64,000 bases of DNA from an uncultured Acidobacteriota bacterium (GCA_963741955.1 CAVUKB010000007.1:416001-480000), one strand, 5' to 3'; positions 19,783-30,480 are shown, counted from the first letter of the stretch. Notes: a model not told the origin generated them from the letters alone. Translations and numbers: made by a program.

Positions 19783-19934
19783 AACAGCGAGAGAATCACA
19801 CGCGGCGTGCGAGCCTCATCGATTGCGCGTTGTGACCTCGCTGCAGACCCGTCCATCGAGAATCCTCCTTGTGATCGCGACCTTCCCGCCGTACGATGGC
19901 GCAACCTCCCGCATTCCTCCATAAGGAGATTCAG

Positions 19935-21986
19935 ATGATCCTCCGCAGGCTCTTCCTCCTTCCCTTCCTCCTGATCCTTCCATTTGCCCTCAATGCGGCG
20001 GAACCGGCCACCGCGAATTCGAGCGCGTTCGCCTCGCGACTCGCAGAATACGATCACCCCTCTCTCGGCGCGGCGAAGACGCTCGCCGCGCCAGTGAGTA
20101 TCCCCATCGCGCACATCACGTTCGATCTCGCAGCGGGAGCCGTGGCTCCCTTGCTCGGCAGCGACGGCACGCGCCTCGGCATCTTCTTCCACGGCAAGGG
20201 GACCTACACCTACCACTCCGTCGACTCGGTCGAGACGCCGCTCGTGGTCTGGGAGGCGAAACGCTTCCGTCGCACTGCGAACGAGGAGAAGGACGGAACC
20301 GTCTCGCTGACCGGCACGTTCGTCGACCTTCTTCTCCTGACCGGAGGGACCGACCTCCCTTCCTTCGACGGACCCGATGCCGCGCCTCTCGGCGACGCGT
20401 TCGCGGATCATCAGCGCTCGTTCGACACCGTCCGCTGGACGCCGCCTTCTCATCTCTTGGTTCGGCAGCGGCTCGACGCGCCCGAGCTCCGGACCGCGCT
20501 CGCCGAGATCGGAGGCGATCAGCGCGCGGCGTGGATTCTCGACCCGCTCGAGATGCAGGAAGAGCAGCTCCTGGTCGTGGCACCACCGCAACGGGGAGAT
20601 CCGCGGGTCCGCGAGCTGAAGGGATTCCTCGATGCGTTCCCGATCTCCTCGCAGCCGATCGGATGGAAGCACGGGACGTTCCGTCAGCCGCAGTTCCTCC
20701 TGGTCGACGTCGACTTCCAGCTCGTGGACGAAGGCGACGCGTCGATGAAGCTCTCGGTCACGGAGACGGTCGTGCCGCGCGAGTCTCCCGTCAGCGCGTT
20801 CCGCTTCGACCTGATCGAGGGCGAATGGGACACCGACGCCCGCCTCCGGCGGCTCCATGTCGACTCGGTGCGCGACGCCGGGGGTCACGACATCCCGTTC
20901 TCCTTCGACCGCGGCAGTCTTCTGGTCGGCCTTCCGGAGAAAGTTCAGCGAGGAGCCGCGGCAAAGATCCGCTTCGAGATCTCGGGGGACGTCCTGTTCC
21001 GTCCGAACAACGACAGCTTCTGGGAACTGGGGACGGAGCCGTGGTTCCCGCAGCCGGGACTGAACGGGCAGTACTACACCCTCCACTCGGTGGTGAAGGC
21101 GCGCAAGCCGTGGATCGCCTTCGTTCCAGGTACGACCGTCTCGAGATCGGAAGAAGAAAAGTACGACGTGGTGGAGAGCCGGATGGAGCATCCGGTGCAG
21201 TTCGCGACGGTTCACGCCGGCAAGTACGTGGTGACGAAGAACACCGAAGACGGCCTGACCATCGAAGTGGCGTCGTATGCGATGGGAAACCGCGACACCC
21301 AGGAGCGGATCGAGCGACTGGCGCGGAAGATCATCAAGTTCTACGAGCCGTGGCTCGGACCATTCCCGTTCAAGGAGTTCAGCATCATCGAGATCCAGGC
21401 CCTCGGGTTCGGCCAGGCCCCTCCCGGCACGATGTTCATTACCAGGGAGGCGTTCAATCCTCTTCAGAGCGTCGAGAACCAGCTCTACTCACAGGGGATC
21501 AACCAGCGCTTCGCCCATGAGATCGCGCACCAGTACTGGGGACACGTGGTGAAGATGGGGAGCATCGAGGAGCAGTGGCTGACCGAGGCGTTCGCCGAAT
21601 ATTGCTCGTCGCAGGTGGTGATGCAGATCGACGGGAAGAAGGGGTACGACCACCTGGTGACGCAGTGGCGGACGTCCGCGCACGACGCGGGTCGCTACGC
21701 GCCGGTGGCGCTCGCCGCCCGGATCGTCAATCCCGTCGATCCGTATCAGGGGATGCGCGACCGGATCGGGCTGATGTACGGGAAGGGGGCGTTGATCCTG
21801 GCCACACTGCACAAGGAGCTCGGCGACCAGAAGTTCTTCACCCTCCTGCGCAACCTCCAGGGACTCTATCAGTGGCGTTTCCTCACCACGAACGACGTCG
21901 TTGCCCTCCTCGAGCGGATCGACGACGGAAAGGACTACACGGACTTCTTCGACAAATACTTCTGGGGAACGGAGATGCCGAAGTAG
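19935..21986 (+). CDS. Secreted M1-family aminopeptidase
   Basis: AAGGAG RBS, signal peptide, HEIAHQYWG..WLTEAFAEY, YGKG. Confidence 0.9.
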   Translation: MILRRLFLLPFLLILPFALNAAEPATANSSAFASRLAEYDHPSLGAAKTLAAPVSIPIAHITFDLAAGAVAPLLGSDGTRLGIFFHGKGTYTYHSVDSVETPLVVWEAKRFRRTANEEKDGTVSLTGTFVDLLLLTGGTDLPSFDGPDAAPLGDAFADHQRSFDTVRWTPPSHLLVRQRLDAPELRTALAEIGGDQRAAWILDPLEMQEEQLLVVAPPQRGDPRVRELKGFLDAFPISSQPIGWKHGTFRQPQFLLVDVDFQLVDEGDASMKLSVTETVVPRESPVSAFRFDLIEGEWDTDARLRRLHVDSVRDAGGHDIPFSFDRGSLLVGLPEKVQRGAAAKIRFEISGDVLFRPNNDSFWELGTEPWFPQPGLNGQYYTLHSVVKARKPWIAFVPGTTVSRSEEEKYDVVESRMEHPVQFATVHAGKYVVTKNTEDGLTIEVASYAMGNRDTQERIERLARKIIKFYEPWLGPFPFKEFSIIEIQALGFGQAPPGTMFITREAFNPLQSVENQLYSQGINQRFAHEIAHQYWGHVVKMGSIEEQWLTEAFAEYCSSQVVMQIDGKKGYDHLVTQWRTSAHDAGRYAPVALAARIVNPVDPYQGMRDRIGLMYGKGALILATLHKELGDQKFFTLLRNLQGLYQWRFLTTNDVVALLERIDDGKDYTDFFDKYFWGTEMPK

Positions 21987-21994
21987 AGGAGCGA

Positions 21995-22180
21995 AGTGGG
22001 TCGCGCCATAGTGGGTCGCCCCATAGTGGATCGCGCCCAGTGGATCGCGCCCAGTGGATCGCGCCAGGTGGGTCGCGCCCAGTGGGTCGCGCCTCCGGCG
22101 CGAAGCTCCCCGGCATCGTGCCGGGGAGTCGAGTGGGTCGCACGTCCCCGTGCGAAGCCCTCCGGCGTCGCGCCGGAGGG
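21995..22180 (+). repeat. About seven 14-15-bp tandem units (AGTGG(G/A)TCGCGCCC) followed by two GTGG-type REP double hairpins
   Basis: Seen directly; hairpins with compensatory changes. Confidence 0.85.
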
Positions 22181-23040
22181 CAATGGTGGATTGGTACGCT
22201 GTCCGTGCGTCTCGCGGTGAACGAGCAACCGTGAGTCGCTCCGAGCCCCCTCCCGGCACCGGGGAGGACCTCCGTTGCGCTGTTCCCCGACAAACACTCC
22301 CCCGCAACGCCTTGCCTTCTCCTGACCGGAATCAAGTCTTCAGTCGACGACCTTTGCATTTCGGTGAGAGGTGAAGGTGACGCGCCCCCGAAACGGATCG
22401 ACGCCGCTCCTGCCTGCCGGCGCTCATCCGCCGCAGGCCCACGTTGCACCACTCATCCCGGCCATCCGCACTTCCATAACTGTGGTGGCGCGCTCCCACG
22501 AAGCACGATCCACGTTCTCTCGCGCCGCGCCCTCGCTACCCCCGCCGGGGTCAAGTCTTCAGTCGGCGCCGGACCCATCGGGCTTCGCTCCCACGGAGCG
22601 ACACCCACTCCCACTCGCGCGGCCTGGCGAGCGCCGAAGGCGCGATTGACAGTTGCCCCGGGGATCACGCGCGCCACGACAATGCTTGTTGTCCATCACC
22701 TGAATCCAGGGGGGCGCGACGCGTGCCCGCGATGCCAACGTCACCGCGCTGAAGAATGTTCTGCACGCGGCGTGACCGCCGAGGCCACCGCCGGAATCGA
22801 GGTTCTCGTGGCGAAGCTTCAACGAGTACTGGAAGGAGGCCGCGGATGCGATCGACCACGCCGTGGATCTCGCCACGCGGTTCGACGACCCGAATCGTGG
22901 GGCGTTCGTCGAGCACGGAAGAAAGATCCGGGAGAAGCTGACCGCAGCACCGAATGGCGCAGATTCGCACGAGTAGAGGGTCGCGCGAGCTCACCGCGCA
23001 CGCCCTCGTCTCTTCAACCGACAAACGCTCCTTCGGACGA

Positions 23041-23110
23041 TTCTCACTCTCCGCGTTCCGGGGTCATGTCTTCAGCGATGAAGCCGTTTTGGGAAGATTG
23101 AAGGGTGAGG
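23041..23110 (-). repeat. REP-like element with core CTGAAGACATGACCCC (other copies 46470-46536, 47784-47864; degenerate at 22316-22381, 22545-22563)
   Basis: Shared core and CCCTCACC...GAGAGG arms. Confidence 0.7.
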
Positions 23111-23287
23111 ACGCCCTAATCCGGGCTCCGGCCCCCGGATGTAAAGGAGGTTCCCGGTCTAATGTAAAGGAGGCTCCCGGTTGTTCCCCCCCCCCGACCC
23201 CCGACCCCCGGTTCCCCGTCCCCCAGCTCGCACAACTCACCTCTCACTTCTCACCCTTCACCTCTCTCCTGCTATCCTGGCCCCCGC

Positions 23288-25951
23288 ATGCCCTCCCGTC
23301 CGCTTCCGCCCGGCCTGTATGATCTCCCGCTCACCACGGGTCTCGCGCGCCGGATCGCGGAGCTCGATCGCGAGCGCCTGCGCGCCGAGGTTGCCGCCGC
23401 CGACCCGGCCGACGCGGACCTTCTCCTCGCGCGCCATCTCGCCGCGATCGTCCGGCAGACTCTCCAGTCGGTCCCGAAGGAAGATCGCCTCACGCGCCAG
23501 GCCGAGATCATCAACGAGCTCCTCGCCGCCCTCGAACGCACGAGCCCCAGCAGCGTCGATTCCGGAGAACACCTCTCCGTTCCGACGCAGCGCCTCGCGT
23601 CCATCTCACGCATCCCGGATATCCCACCCGACCGCTCACCGACCCCTGACCCCCGAACCCCGTCTCCGCACCTCCGCCCCCTGATCCCCCTCTCCCAATC
23701 CGACCTCCTCACCAACGCCCGCGGCGAGCCCGCGATCGCCGAAGCCCTCGGGCGGGAGATCGAGTCGGCGGACCGCATCGATCTTCTCTGTGCGTTCATC
23801 CGCTGGAGCGGGCTACGTCTCCTCCTCGATCCGCTTGGGCGCTTCTTCGCTCGTGGCGGGAAGATGAGAGTGATCACCACCACCTACATCGGGGCGACGC
23901 AGCGTCGCGCGGTGGACCGCCTCGCCCAGCTCGGCGCCGAAGTCCGGATCTCGTATCTGGACAAGTCGACGCGCCTCCACGCGAAGGCGTGGCTCTTCCA
24001 TCGCGACTCCGGATTCCCGACCGCCTACATCGGCTCCTCGAATCTCTCCACCGCCGCGATGCTCGACGGCCTGGAGTGGAACGTCCGCCTGTCGCGACCC
24101 GACGCGCCGACGATCCTCGAGAAATTCGAGGCGACGTTCGATTCCTACTGGGCCGATCCCGACTTCGAGCGGTACGACCCCGCGCGCGACACGGAGAAAT
24201 TCGACCGCGCGATCCACAGTGCCAGCACGGCCGATCGTGAGCCGGACCTCACGCTCTTCGACCTTCACCCGCATCCCTATCAGGAAGAGATCCTCCAGAC
24301 GTTGGAAGTGGAGCGGTACCGGCACAACCGCTGGCAGAACCTCGTCGTCGCGGCCACCGGGACGGGGAAGACCGTCATCGCCGCGTTCGACTACCGCCGC
24401 CTCTGTGAGCAACTCAGCGACGGCCGGCCCCTTCGACTCCTCTTCGTCGCGCACCGCCGCGAGATCCTCCGGCAGTCGATGAGCACCTTCCGTCACGTGA
24501 TGCGCGACGGCACCCTCGGCGAGTTGTATGTCGACGGGCATCGACCGGAGGAATGGGGCCAGGTCTTCGCTTCGGTCCAGTCGCTCCAGAACCTCGACCT
24601 CGAGCGGACGCCGCCGGACGCCTTCGACGTCATCGTCATCGACGAGTTCCACCACGCCGCGGCGCCGACGTACGAAACGATCCTCCACCATTTCACCCCG
24701 CGTGTCCTCCTCGGCCTCACCGCCACACCCGAGCGGATGGACGGGCGATCGATCCTCGGCTGGTTCGGGAGTCGCATCGCCGCGGAGTTGCGCCTCTGGG
24801 ACGCGCTCGACCGCGGCTTTCTCGTGCCGTTCCACTACTTCGGCATCGGCGACGAGATCGACCTCTCCTCGGTGAAGTGGACGCGCGGCCGGTACGATCC
24901 GCGGGAACTCGAGAACCTCTACACCGCAGACGACGCGCGCATCCGCTTGATCCTGCGCGAGCTGGGGGAGAAGGTTGCGGACGTGCGGCAGATGCGTGCG
25001 CTCGGCTTCTGTGTCGGCATCGACCACGCGCGGATGATGGCCCGGCGGTTCAACGAAGCAGGGATTCCGTCGGTGGCGACGCTGGGGGAGACGGAGCACG
25101 AGGAGCGCGACCGTGCGCTGCGGGACCTGCGCGACCGGACGATCAACTGCATCTTCGCGGTGGACATCTTCAACGAAGGCGTCGACGTCCCGGCGATCGA
25201 TACGGTGCTCTTCCTCCGGCCGACCGAGAGCGCCACGATCTTCCTTCAGCAGCTCGGCCGCGGACTCAGACGCACCGGGACGAAAGACTGCCTGACCGTC
25301 CTCGACTTCATCGGCAACGCGAACCGCAACTTCCGTTTCGACCGCCGCTACCGCGCGATCCTCGGCGGCACGCGGAAGGAGATCGAGACCGCGGCGAGGC
25401 ATGACTTCCCGTTCCTCCCGCCCGGCTGTTCGATGCACCTCGACCGGGTCGCCCGCGAGCACGTGCTCCACAATCTCAAGGAGTCGCTCGGGAGCGGCAT
25501 CCGAGGGCTGGTCGAGGAGCTGCGGTCCATCGGAGAGCCGGTGACGCTCGGCGAGTTCCTCGAACGCGCGGGCATCGAGCCCGAGGACATCTACTCTGCT
25601 ACCCGTGGAACTCTAGACGTCTTCGATTCAGGACCGTTTCAATTCTCTGAACGCAGCGCTCCGGCTCGTGAAGCACCTCATGTTCCCAGAACCGAAGCAC
25701 GTTCCACCCCATCTGCTCGAGCTCTCTCGTGCGCGCTTCGTCGCGGCGCCGGTTCATCGTCCTTTTCTCGATCCAGTAGCCGGTGTTGGAGACCGGTGCC
25801 CGCCCGTCAGGACAGTCCGGGCATCCATGCCAGAAACAGCCATCCACGAACACCGCGACCTTCGCGCGCCCGAACGAGATGTCGGGCTTTCCAGGAAGGC
25901 GCCGGTGAAGGCGATAGCCGCGCAACCCGCAGAGCCAAAGGAGTTTCCTGA
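23288..25951 (+). pseudogene. PLD-nuclease/SF2 helicase (DUF3427/SauUSI-like architecture), truncated near 25598; the remainder of the ORF is antisense to vsr
   Basis: LHAKAW..GSSNLS (PLD), ATGTGKT, DEFHH, TAT, QQLGRGLR; after DIYS the frame reads through the vsr antisense strand. Confidence 0.85.
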
Positions 25952-26030
25952 GCCGGACTTCCGGCTTGGTATCCCGAGACCGGATGCGTGACATGTTGTA
26001 CGAACGAGTGGGTTTGTCGTGGACATCCAT
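25599..26030 (-). CDS. vsr: Very short patch repair endonuclease Vsr
   Basis: RSYNMSRIRSRDTKPE, LPGKPDI, FVDGCFWHGCP, WEHE. Confidence 0.95.
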   Translation of the reverse strand: MDVHDKPTRSYNMSRIRSRDTKPEVRLRKLLWLCGLRGYRLHRRLPGKPDISFGRAKVAVFVDGCFWHGCPDCPDGRAPVSNTGYWIEKRTMNRRRDEARTRELEQMGWNVLRFWEHEVLHEPERCVQRIETVLNRRRLEFHG

Positions 26031-26094
26031 CAGCAAAATCTACCTAATGTAGAAAGCTCGCACTTTGTTTCAGTGTTCGCTACACTGAACCGGA

Positions 26095-27102
26095 ATGTCC
26101 CCGACAGTGTTCGAAATCTGCGCCGGAGGTGGCGGCCAGGCTCTCGGGTTGGAAGCCGCGGGATTCGGTTGCGTCGGCGCCGTGGAGATCGAGTCACCGG
26201 CCTGCGCCACGCTGCGTCTGAACAGGCCAGAGTGGAACGTGATGGAGGCTGACGTCCGGAACGTTAGCGGACAGGATTTCCGGGGTGTCGATCTTCTCGC
26301 GGGTGGCGTTCCGTGTCCCCCGTTTTCGATCGCGGGGAAGCAACTCGGAAGCGGTGACGAACGGGATCTCTTCCCCGAGGCGCTGCGGCTGACCGAAGAA
26401 ATTCGCCCTCGAGCCGTGATGCTCGAGAACGTCCCAGGTTTCGCTTCGGAGAAGTTTCGCGACTACCGGCAGGGACTCTTCGCGAAGTTTCGCAAACTTG
26501 GCTACAACCCGGACTTCCGGATCTTGAACGCCCGCGATTTCGGTGTACCGCAACTGCGGCCCCGGTGCATCATCGTCGCTCTTCGCGAAGATGAGATGAA
26601 CTACTTTCGCTGGCCATCTCCAGGAGAAAGGTGCCCAAGGACCGTCGGCGCTGCCGTGGGCGATCTGATGGGGTCCCGGAGATGGGCGGGCGCCGAGAGA
26701 TGGGCAGAGGGTGCCGATCACGTGGCGCCAACGATCGTCGGTGGCTCGAAGAAGCACGGCGGACCAGATCTCGGACCGACGCGCGCTCGTGAGCAGTGGG
26801 CGAAGCTGGGCGTGGACGGTCTGGGCGTCGCCGCCGAGCCACCCGGGCCCGATTTTCCGCTCGACGGCAAACCCAAGCTTACCGTTCGCATGGTTGCCAG
26901 AATCCAGGGTTTTCCAGACGAGTGGGAGTTCTTCGGGAAGAAGACTCCAGCATATCGCCAAGTTGGCAACGCGTTTCCGCCACCCGTTGCCGAGGCCGTG
27001 GGCAGGGCGATTCTGGCGGCGTTCGAGGGCGCATACGAGCCCGCGTTTGACGGACGCCAGATGAGAATATTCGACGGCGATGAGAAGAGCGCTACTGCGT
27101 GA
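26095..27102 (+). CDS. dcm: DNA cytosine-C5 methyltransferase, M.NgoMIV/M.NaeI-like (probably GCCGGC)
   Basis: GGVPCPPFS, ENV, QLRPR, APTIVGGSKKHGGPDLGPTR target-recognition segment, RQVGNAFPPP. Confidence 0.93.
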   Translation: MSPTVFEICAGGGGQALGLEAAGFGCVGAVEIESPACATLRLNRPEWNVMEADVRNVSGQDFRGVDLLAGGVPCPPFSIAGKQLGSGDERDLFPEALRLTEEIRPRAVMLENVPGFASEKFRDYRQGLFAKFRKLGYNPDFRILNARDFGVPQLRPRCIIVALREDEMNYFRWPSPGERCPRTVGAAVGDLMGSRRWAGAERWAEGADHVAPTIVGGSKKHGGPDLGPTRAREQWAKLGVDGLGVAAEPPGPDFPLDGKPKLTVRMVARIQGFPDEWEFFGKKTPAYRQVGNAFPPPVAEAVGRAILAAFEGAYEPAFDGRQMRIFDGDEKSATA

Positions 27103-27105
27103 GGG

Positions 27106-27678
27106 GTGGCCACGATAGAAAGCCGAAAAGGGTCGAAGACGCGAATACGCGAGTTTCTCCTCGCGAACCTGGGTAGGGTCGTCACGTCGGATGAAATTCG
27201 TGAGGCTTCAGGCAATGCTTCAGAGTGGGCCCGGCGTCTGCGTGAACTGCGCAACGAGGAGGGCTATCAGATCCTCTCCCACCGTGATCGCGACTTCCTC
27301 AAGCCGGGCGAATATCTGCTCGAGACGAACAAGCGGCTTCCGGCATTCGAGAGATCGATTTCAAAAGAAACCAGAGCCTTCGTGCTCGAGAGGAACGGCT
27401 ATACCTGCCAGATGTGTGGTGCCGCAGCCGGTGACGAGGACACTCTTTACCCGACCAGGACTGTCCGGCTGACAATCGGACACATCGTTGAAAAGGACAA
27501 AGGTGGCGGTGATCATCCAGGAAACCTTCGTGCCCTCTGCACCAATTGCAACGAAGGTCTTCAGAACATCTCCCCACCAAAGCCCGACCGCCTTCAACTA
27601 CTCACCTATGTGAGAAAGGCCACTCGTGATGATCAGCGAGCTGTGCTCGAGTGGCTGAAGACCAAGTTCGCCGATTAG
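27106..27678 (+). CDS. HNH endonuclease, probable cognate restriction enzyme (KpnI-like architecture)
   Basis: LGRVVT...WARRLRELR.E.GY.ILS.RD, CQMC, GHIV..GG, CTNCN; 3 bp after the MTase. Confidence 0.8.
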   Translation: MATIESRKGSKTRIREFLLANLGRVVTSDEIREASGNASEWARRLRELRNEEGYQILSHRDRDFLKPGEYLLETNKRLPAFERSISKETRAFVLERNGYTCQMCGAAAGDEDTLYPTRTVRLTIGHIVEKDKGGGDHPGNLRALCTNCNEGLQNISPPKPDRLQLLTYVRKATRDDQRAVLEWLKTKFAD

Positions 27679-27733
27679 GCCGAAGCTGTTGACTCGGAAT
27701 CCCGCACCTGTCGGTCGTCCCGCCGCTTGGTCT

Positions 27734-28629
27734 TTACTTCGTTCGAAGTTCGAGCGCTTCGTGGAAAGCCGGGTTTACCACCAATATCGCACCGCCGGAC
27801 GCGGAAGCCTTGCGTAGAATCGCCTTTAGAATTGGCATTTCATAGTTGCAGTTGTAAATGTACGTAACGCCGGTGTCTCCACGACGAATGCCCAGAACTC
27901 CGAACCAGAGCAGAAGCTCTTTCGCAGCAGCGGCAGCGTCGGCACTGAGCCCGAGCCCAGAGAGAATTTTGGAGAGATACTCCTCGCTGAACTCGGTGGG
28001 TTCTTCCAGGAACGCGAGGAGCAGATCCTCAGCCTCCGGTCGGATGTCTCGGATCTCGAGACCGACATCGCGGACGAGGTCCATAGAATAGGCCCGCAGA
28101 CCTTTGGAGATGTCACTTTCCAAAATAGTGTCGTGGCCGAGATTGACAGCAGATCCCCTGCAATGATTAACGAGATCGATTAGTGCACGAGGTCGCATGA
28201 GGCAGCGATCGATTAAGTATTGAGAGGATTCCTCACCGCTGACGTGGCTCACACAGATTGCCCTCCAGAGTTCCTCGAAGGGCTGGTCCGGCATATCGGA
28301 GAAGACCATTCGTCGGCGAAGCAACTCCCTCAGCAAATCCTCGTCCGACCAATCAGTGTAGCTCGCCCCTCCTTTCCGCGGTCCGGAGTCGTATCGACGA
28401 GCAGCTCAAAGACATCGTTGCGCAGAAACACGACCGTTTGCGCGGCGACCTTTTCGCGATGAAGATGGCGCTCAATCTTCCTGGAGGCCTCGAGAAGGCA
28501 ACGGATTAACAGAAGGTCAGCGCCCTCCACCCCTTGGGTTGGCCACCCCTTATCTAAATTGTCGAACAGAAGCCACAGCCCATTCTTCCAACCCAGGTAG
28601 CGAGTGCATTCCTCTCTCAACCTGGGCAC
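27734..28629 (-). pseudogene. C-terminal fragment of a P-loop ATPase (Walker B LLFDNLD), frameshifted near 28335 and 5'-truncated
   Basis: ORFs 28330..28629 and 27734..28336 read as one protein (VFLRNDVF, RPRALI); no Walker A found upstream. Confidence 0.7.
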
Positions 28630-28704
28630 GTCGTGACGGTACAGTAGCTGAGTAATCTCGGGCGCATCGAGTCGGGAGCTTCTTCGCGAGCCGTAGCGCT
28701 CACG

Positions 28705-29095
28705 GGCCAGAAGATCGGGGCCAGGCCTTCGATTCTCGCTTGCAGGTGTAAGCGACTCGATGGCCTGTAGTTAGCGACACGGTGACTTTGACTCTGAACG
28801 GAGAAAGCGGTGTGAGCGCGTCGCTTCTCGGATAATTCGTAAGATGCTCGATCGAATGCGGCGTAGTGGACTGGTGTCGATGAAGATCGGAACGGATTCA
28901 GGCCAGAAGATCGGGGCCAGGCCTTCGATTCTCGCTTGCAGGTGTAAGCGACTCGATGGCCTGTAGTTAGCGACACGGTGACTTTGACTCTGAACGGAGA
29001 AAGCGGTGTGAGCGCGTCGCTTCTCGGATAATTCGTAAGATGCTCGATCGAATGCGGCGTAGTGGACTGGTGTCGATGAAGATCGGAACGGATTC
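28705..29095 (+). repeat. Tandem duplication of a 195-bp RAYT-end repeat (28705-28899 and 28901-29095)
   Basis: The two copies appear identical by eye; diverged copies at 35079-35236 and 41718-41943. Confidence 0.95.
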
Positions 29096-30479
29096 GGCCT
29101 CCGTCTCGTGGCGAAACCTGGACCGGGCGTCACTTGGAACGAGGCTCCGCCAGGGCGAATCGTGAAGAGTGGTCAGTTTTCAGGAAATCGCGGTTCGCGT
29201 CAGAACGGCGGCGGGCCGGGCGAGTCGCGGATGATGTCCGGCGGCGGGAGCATCGGCCAGATCGGAACGGGGCGCGCAGGAGCGGAATCCGCGTTGCCTG
29301 CGAGGAGCGACGCGAGGCAGCGGTCGGCGAGATCACGGAGAAGCCGGTCGTTCGCGAGCTCGCGCTCGCAGCGGGCGATGAGGTTCGAGACATGGCCGGT
29401 GCTGCCGAGGCGGAGGGTCGCGGCGATCGGACGGAGCTGCTCGGCGCTCTCGTAGCGTCCGAGCCACGCGGTCAGCATCCGTGCCGCTCCGCCGCGGCCG
29501 TGACGGATCTCGCGCTCGTCGATGTCGAACACCGAGGCGACCGTGTCGACGACCTTGCCGAGCTTCGCACGGCCGACGGTGCGCTGCGTCTTCGGATGTT
29601 CATCACTGCGCGGCTTCTGCTTCGACGATCGCCCGCATTGTCTCGATCCACGGCTCGGTGCCGAGGTAGATCTGATTCACGAGCTTGTCCCAGAGGCGGC
29701 TGCGGTCGTGGAGCTTCTCGTAGACGAACGCGCGGTAGTTCTCCTGAGCTTCGTCACGCGTCGCGCCGCGGCGGAGCATCCAGTCGAGACAGAGCCACTC
29801 CGGCGCGGGCTCGAACCCCGCCATCGCGCGGTAACTCGACCAGCGGTACTGCTCGGGAAGCTCGACCATCTTCGCACGAACGGGATTCAGCACGACGTAC
29901 CGCATTACTTCCGCGAGGTACGCTTCCTTCTCGATCAGGAAGCTGCTGAACCGTCCCTGGAGCAGGTGCCCGACGCGTTTGTACTTCCGGTTGAACCACT
30001 GAGCGTACGTGCCGTTGAGCCAGTGCATCCCTTCGGAGAGCGTCTCGCGGGGCGTCTCGATGACGAGGTGGAAATGATTCGTCAGCAGAACCTACGCATG
30101 GACATCCAGTCGAACCGCCGCACTGCCTCGGCGAGAAGGGTGAGGAACTTCAGGCGATCCGCATCGCATCGGAAGATCGTCTTCCGTTCATTCCCGCGCG
30201 AGGTAACGTGGAAAACCGCGCCGGGGAACTCGAGTCGAAGTGGTCGTGCCATGCGATCGAGAGTACCTCGGATTTGTGCGAGATACCGAGGGTTCTACTC
30301 CTCGTAGAATCCGGACGGCGACTCCCGAGGCCCTGCTCGGAGGTGTAACGCGGTGATCCGGCAGCGGGTATCGTAGAATATCGAGCAGCAAGGGAGGCGA
30401 CGAAGTGAAGCCGTGACAAAGAGTTAGGGGAGAGAACCGACAGGCGAAGCCCTGACCCCAAAGTTCGACCCCAAAGTTC
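28906..30479 (-). mobile_element. RAYT/Y1 transposase element with ends GAAGATCGGGGCCAGG ... CCTGACCCCAAAGTTC
   Basis: Imperfect inverted ends bracket the transposase; both ends recur, joined, at 40045-40202. Confidence 0.7.
29200..30252 (-). pseudogene. REP-associated tyrosine transposase (RAYT, HUH/Y1) with C-terminal HTH; two frameshifts
   Basis: MARPLRLEFPGAVFHVTSRGN, NHFHL, GHLLQGRF, RYVVLNPVRA, YRWSSY; frameshifts near 30090 and 29620. Confidence 0.9.
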
Positions 30480-30480
30480 C

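Noticed and set aside
21995-22093. Possible CRISPR array
   Set aside because: Units are 14-15 bp and adjacent with no unique spacers; no cas genes seen. The same applies to the arrays at 7870, 15916 and 51760.
25599-25951. Genuine overlapping antisense coding of helicase and vsr
   Set aside because: The helicase tail has no recognisable motifs and is best explained as read-through after truncation.
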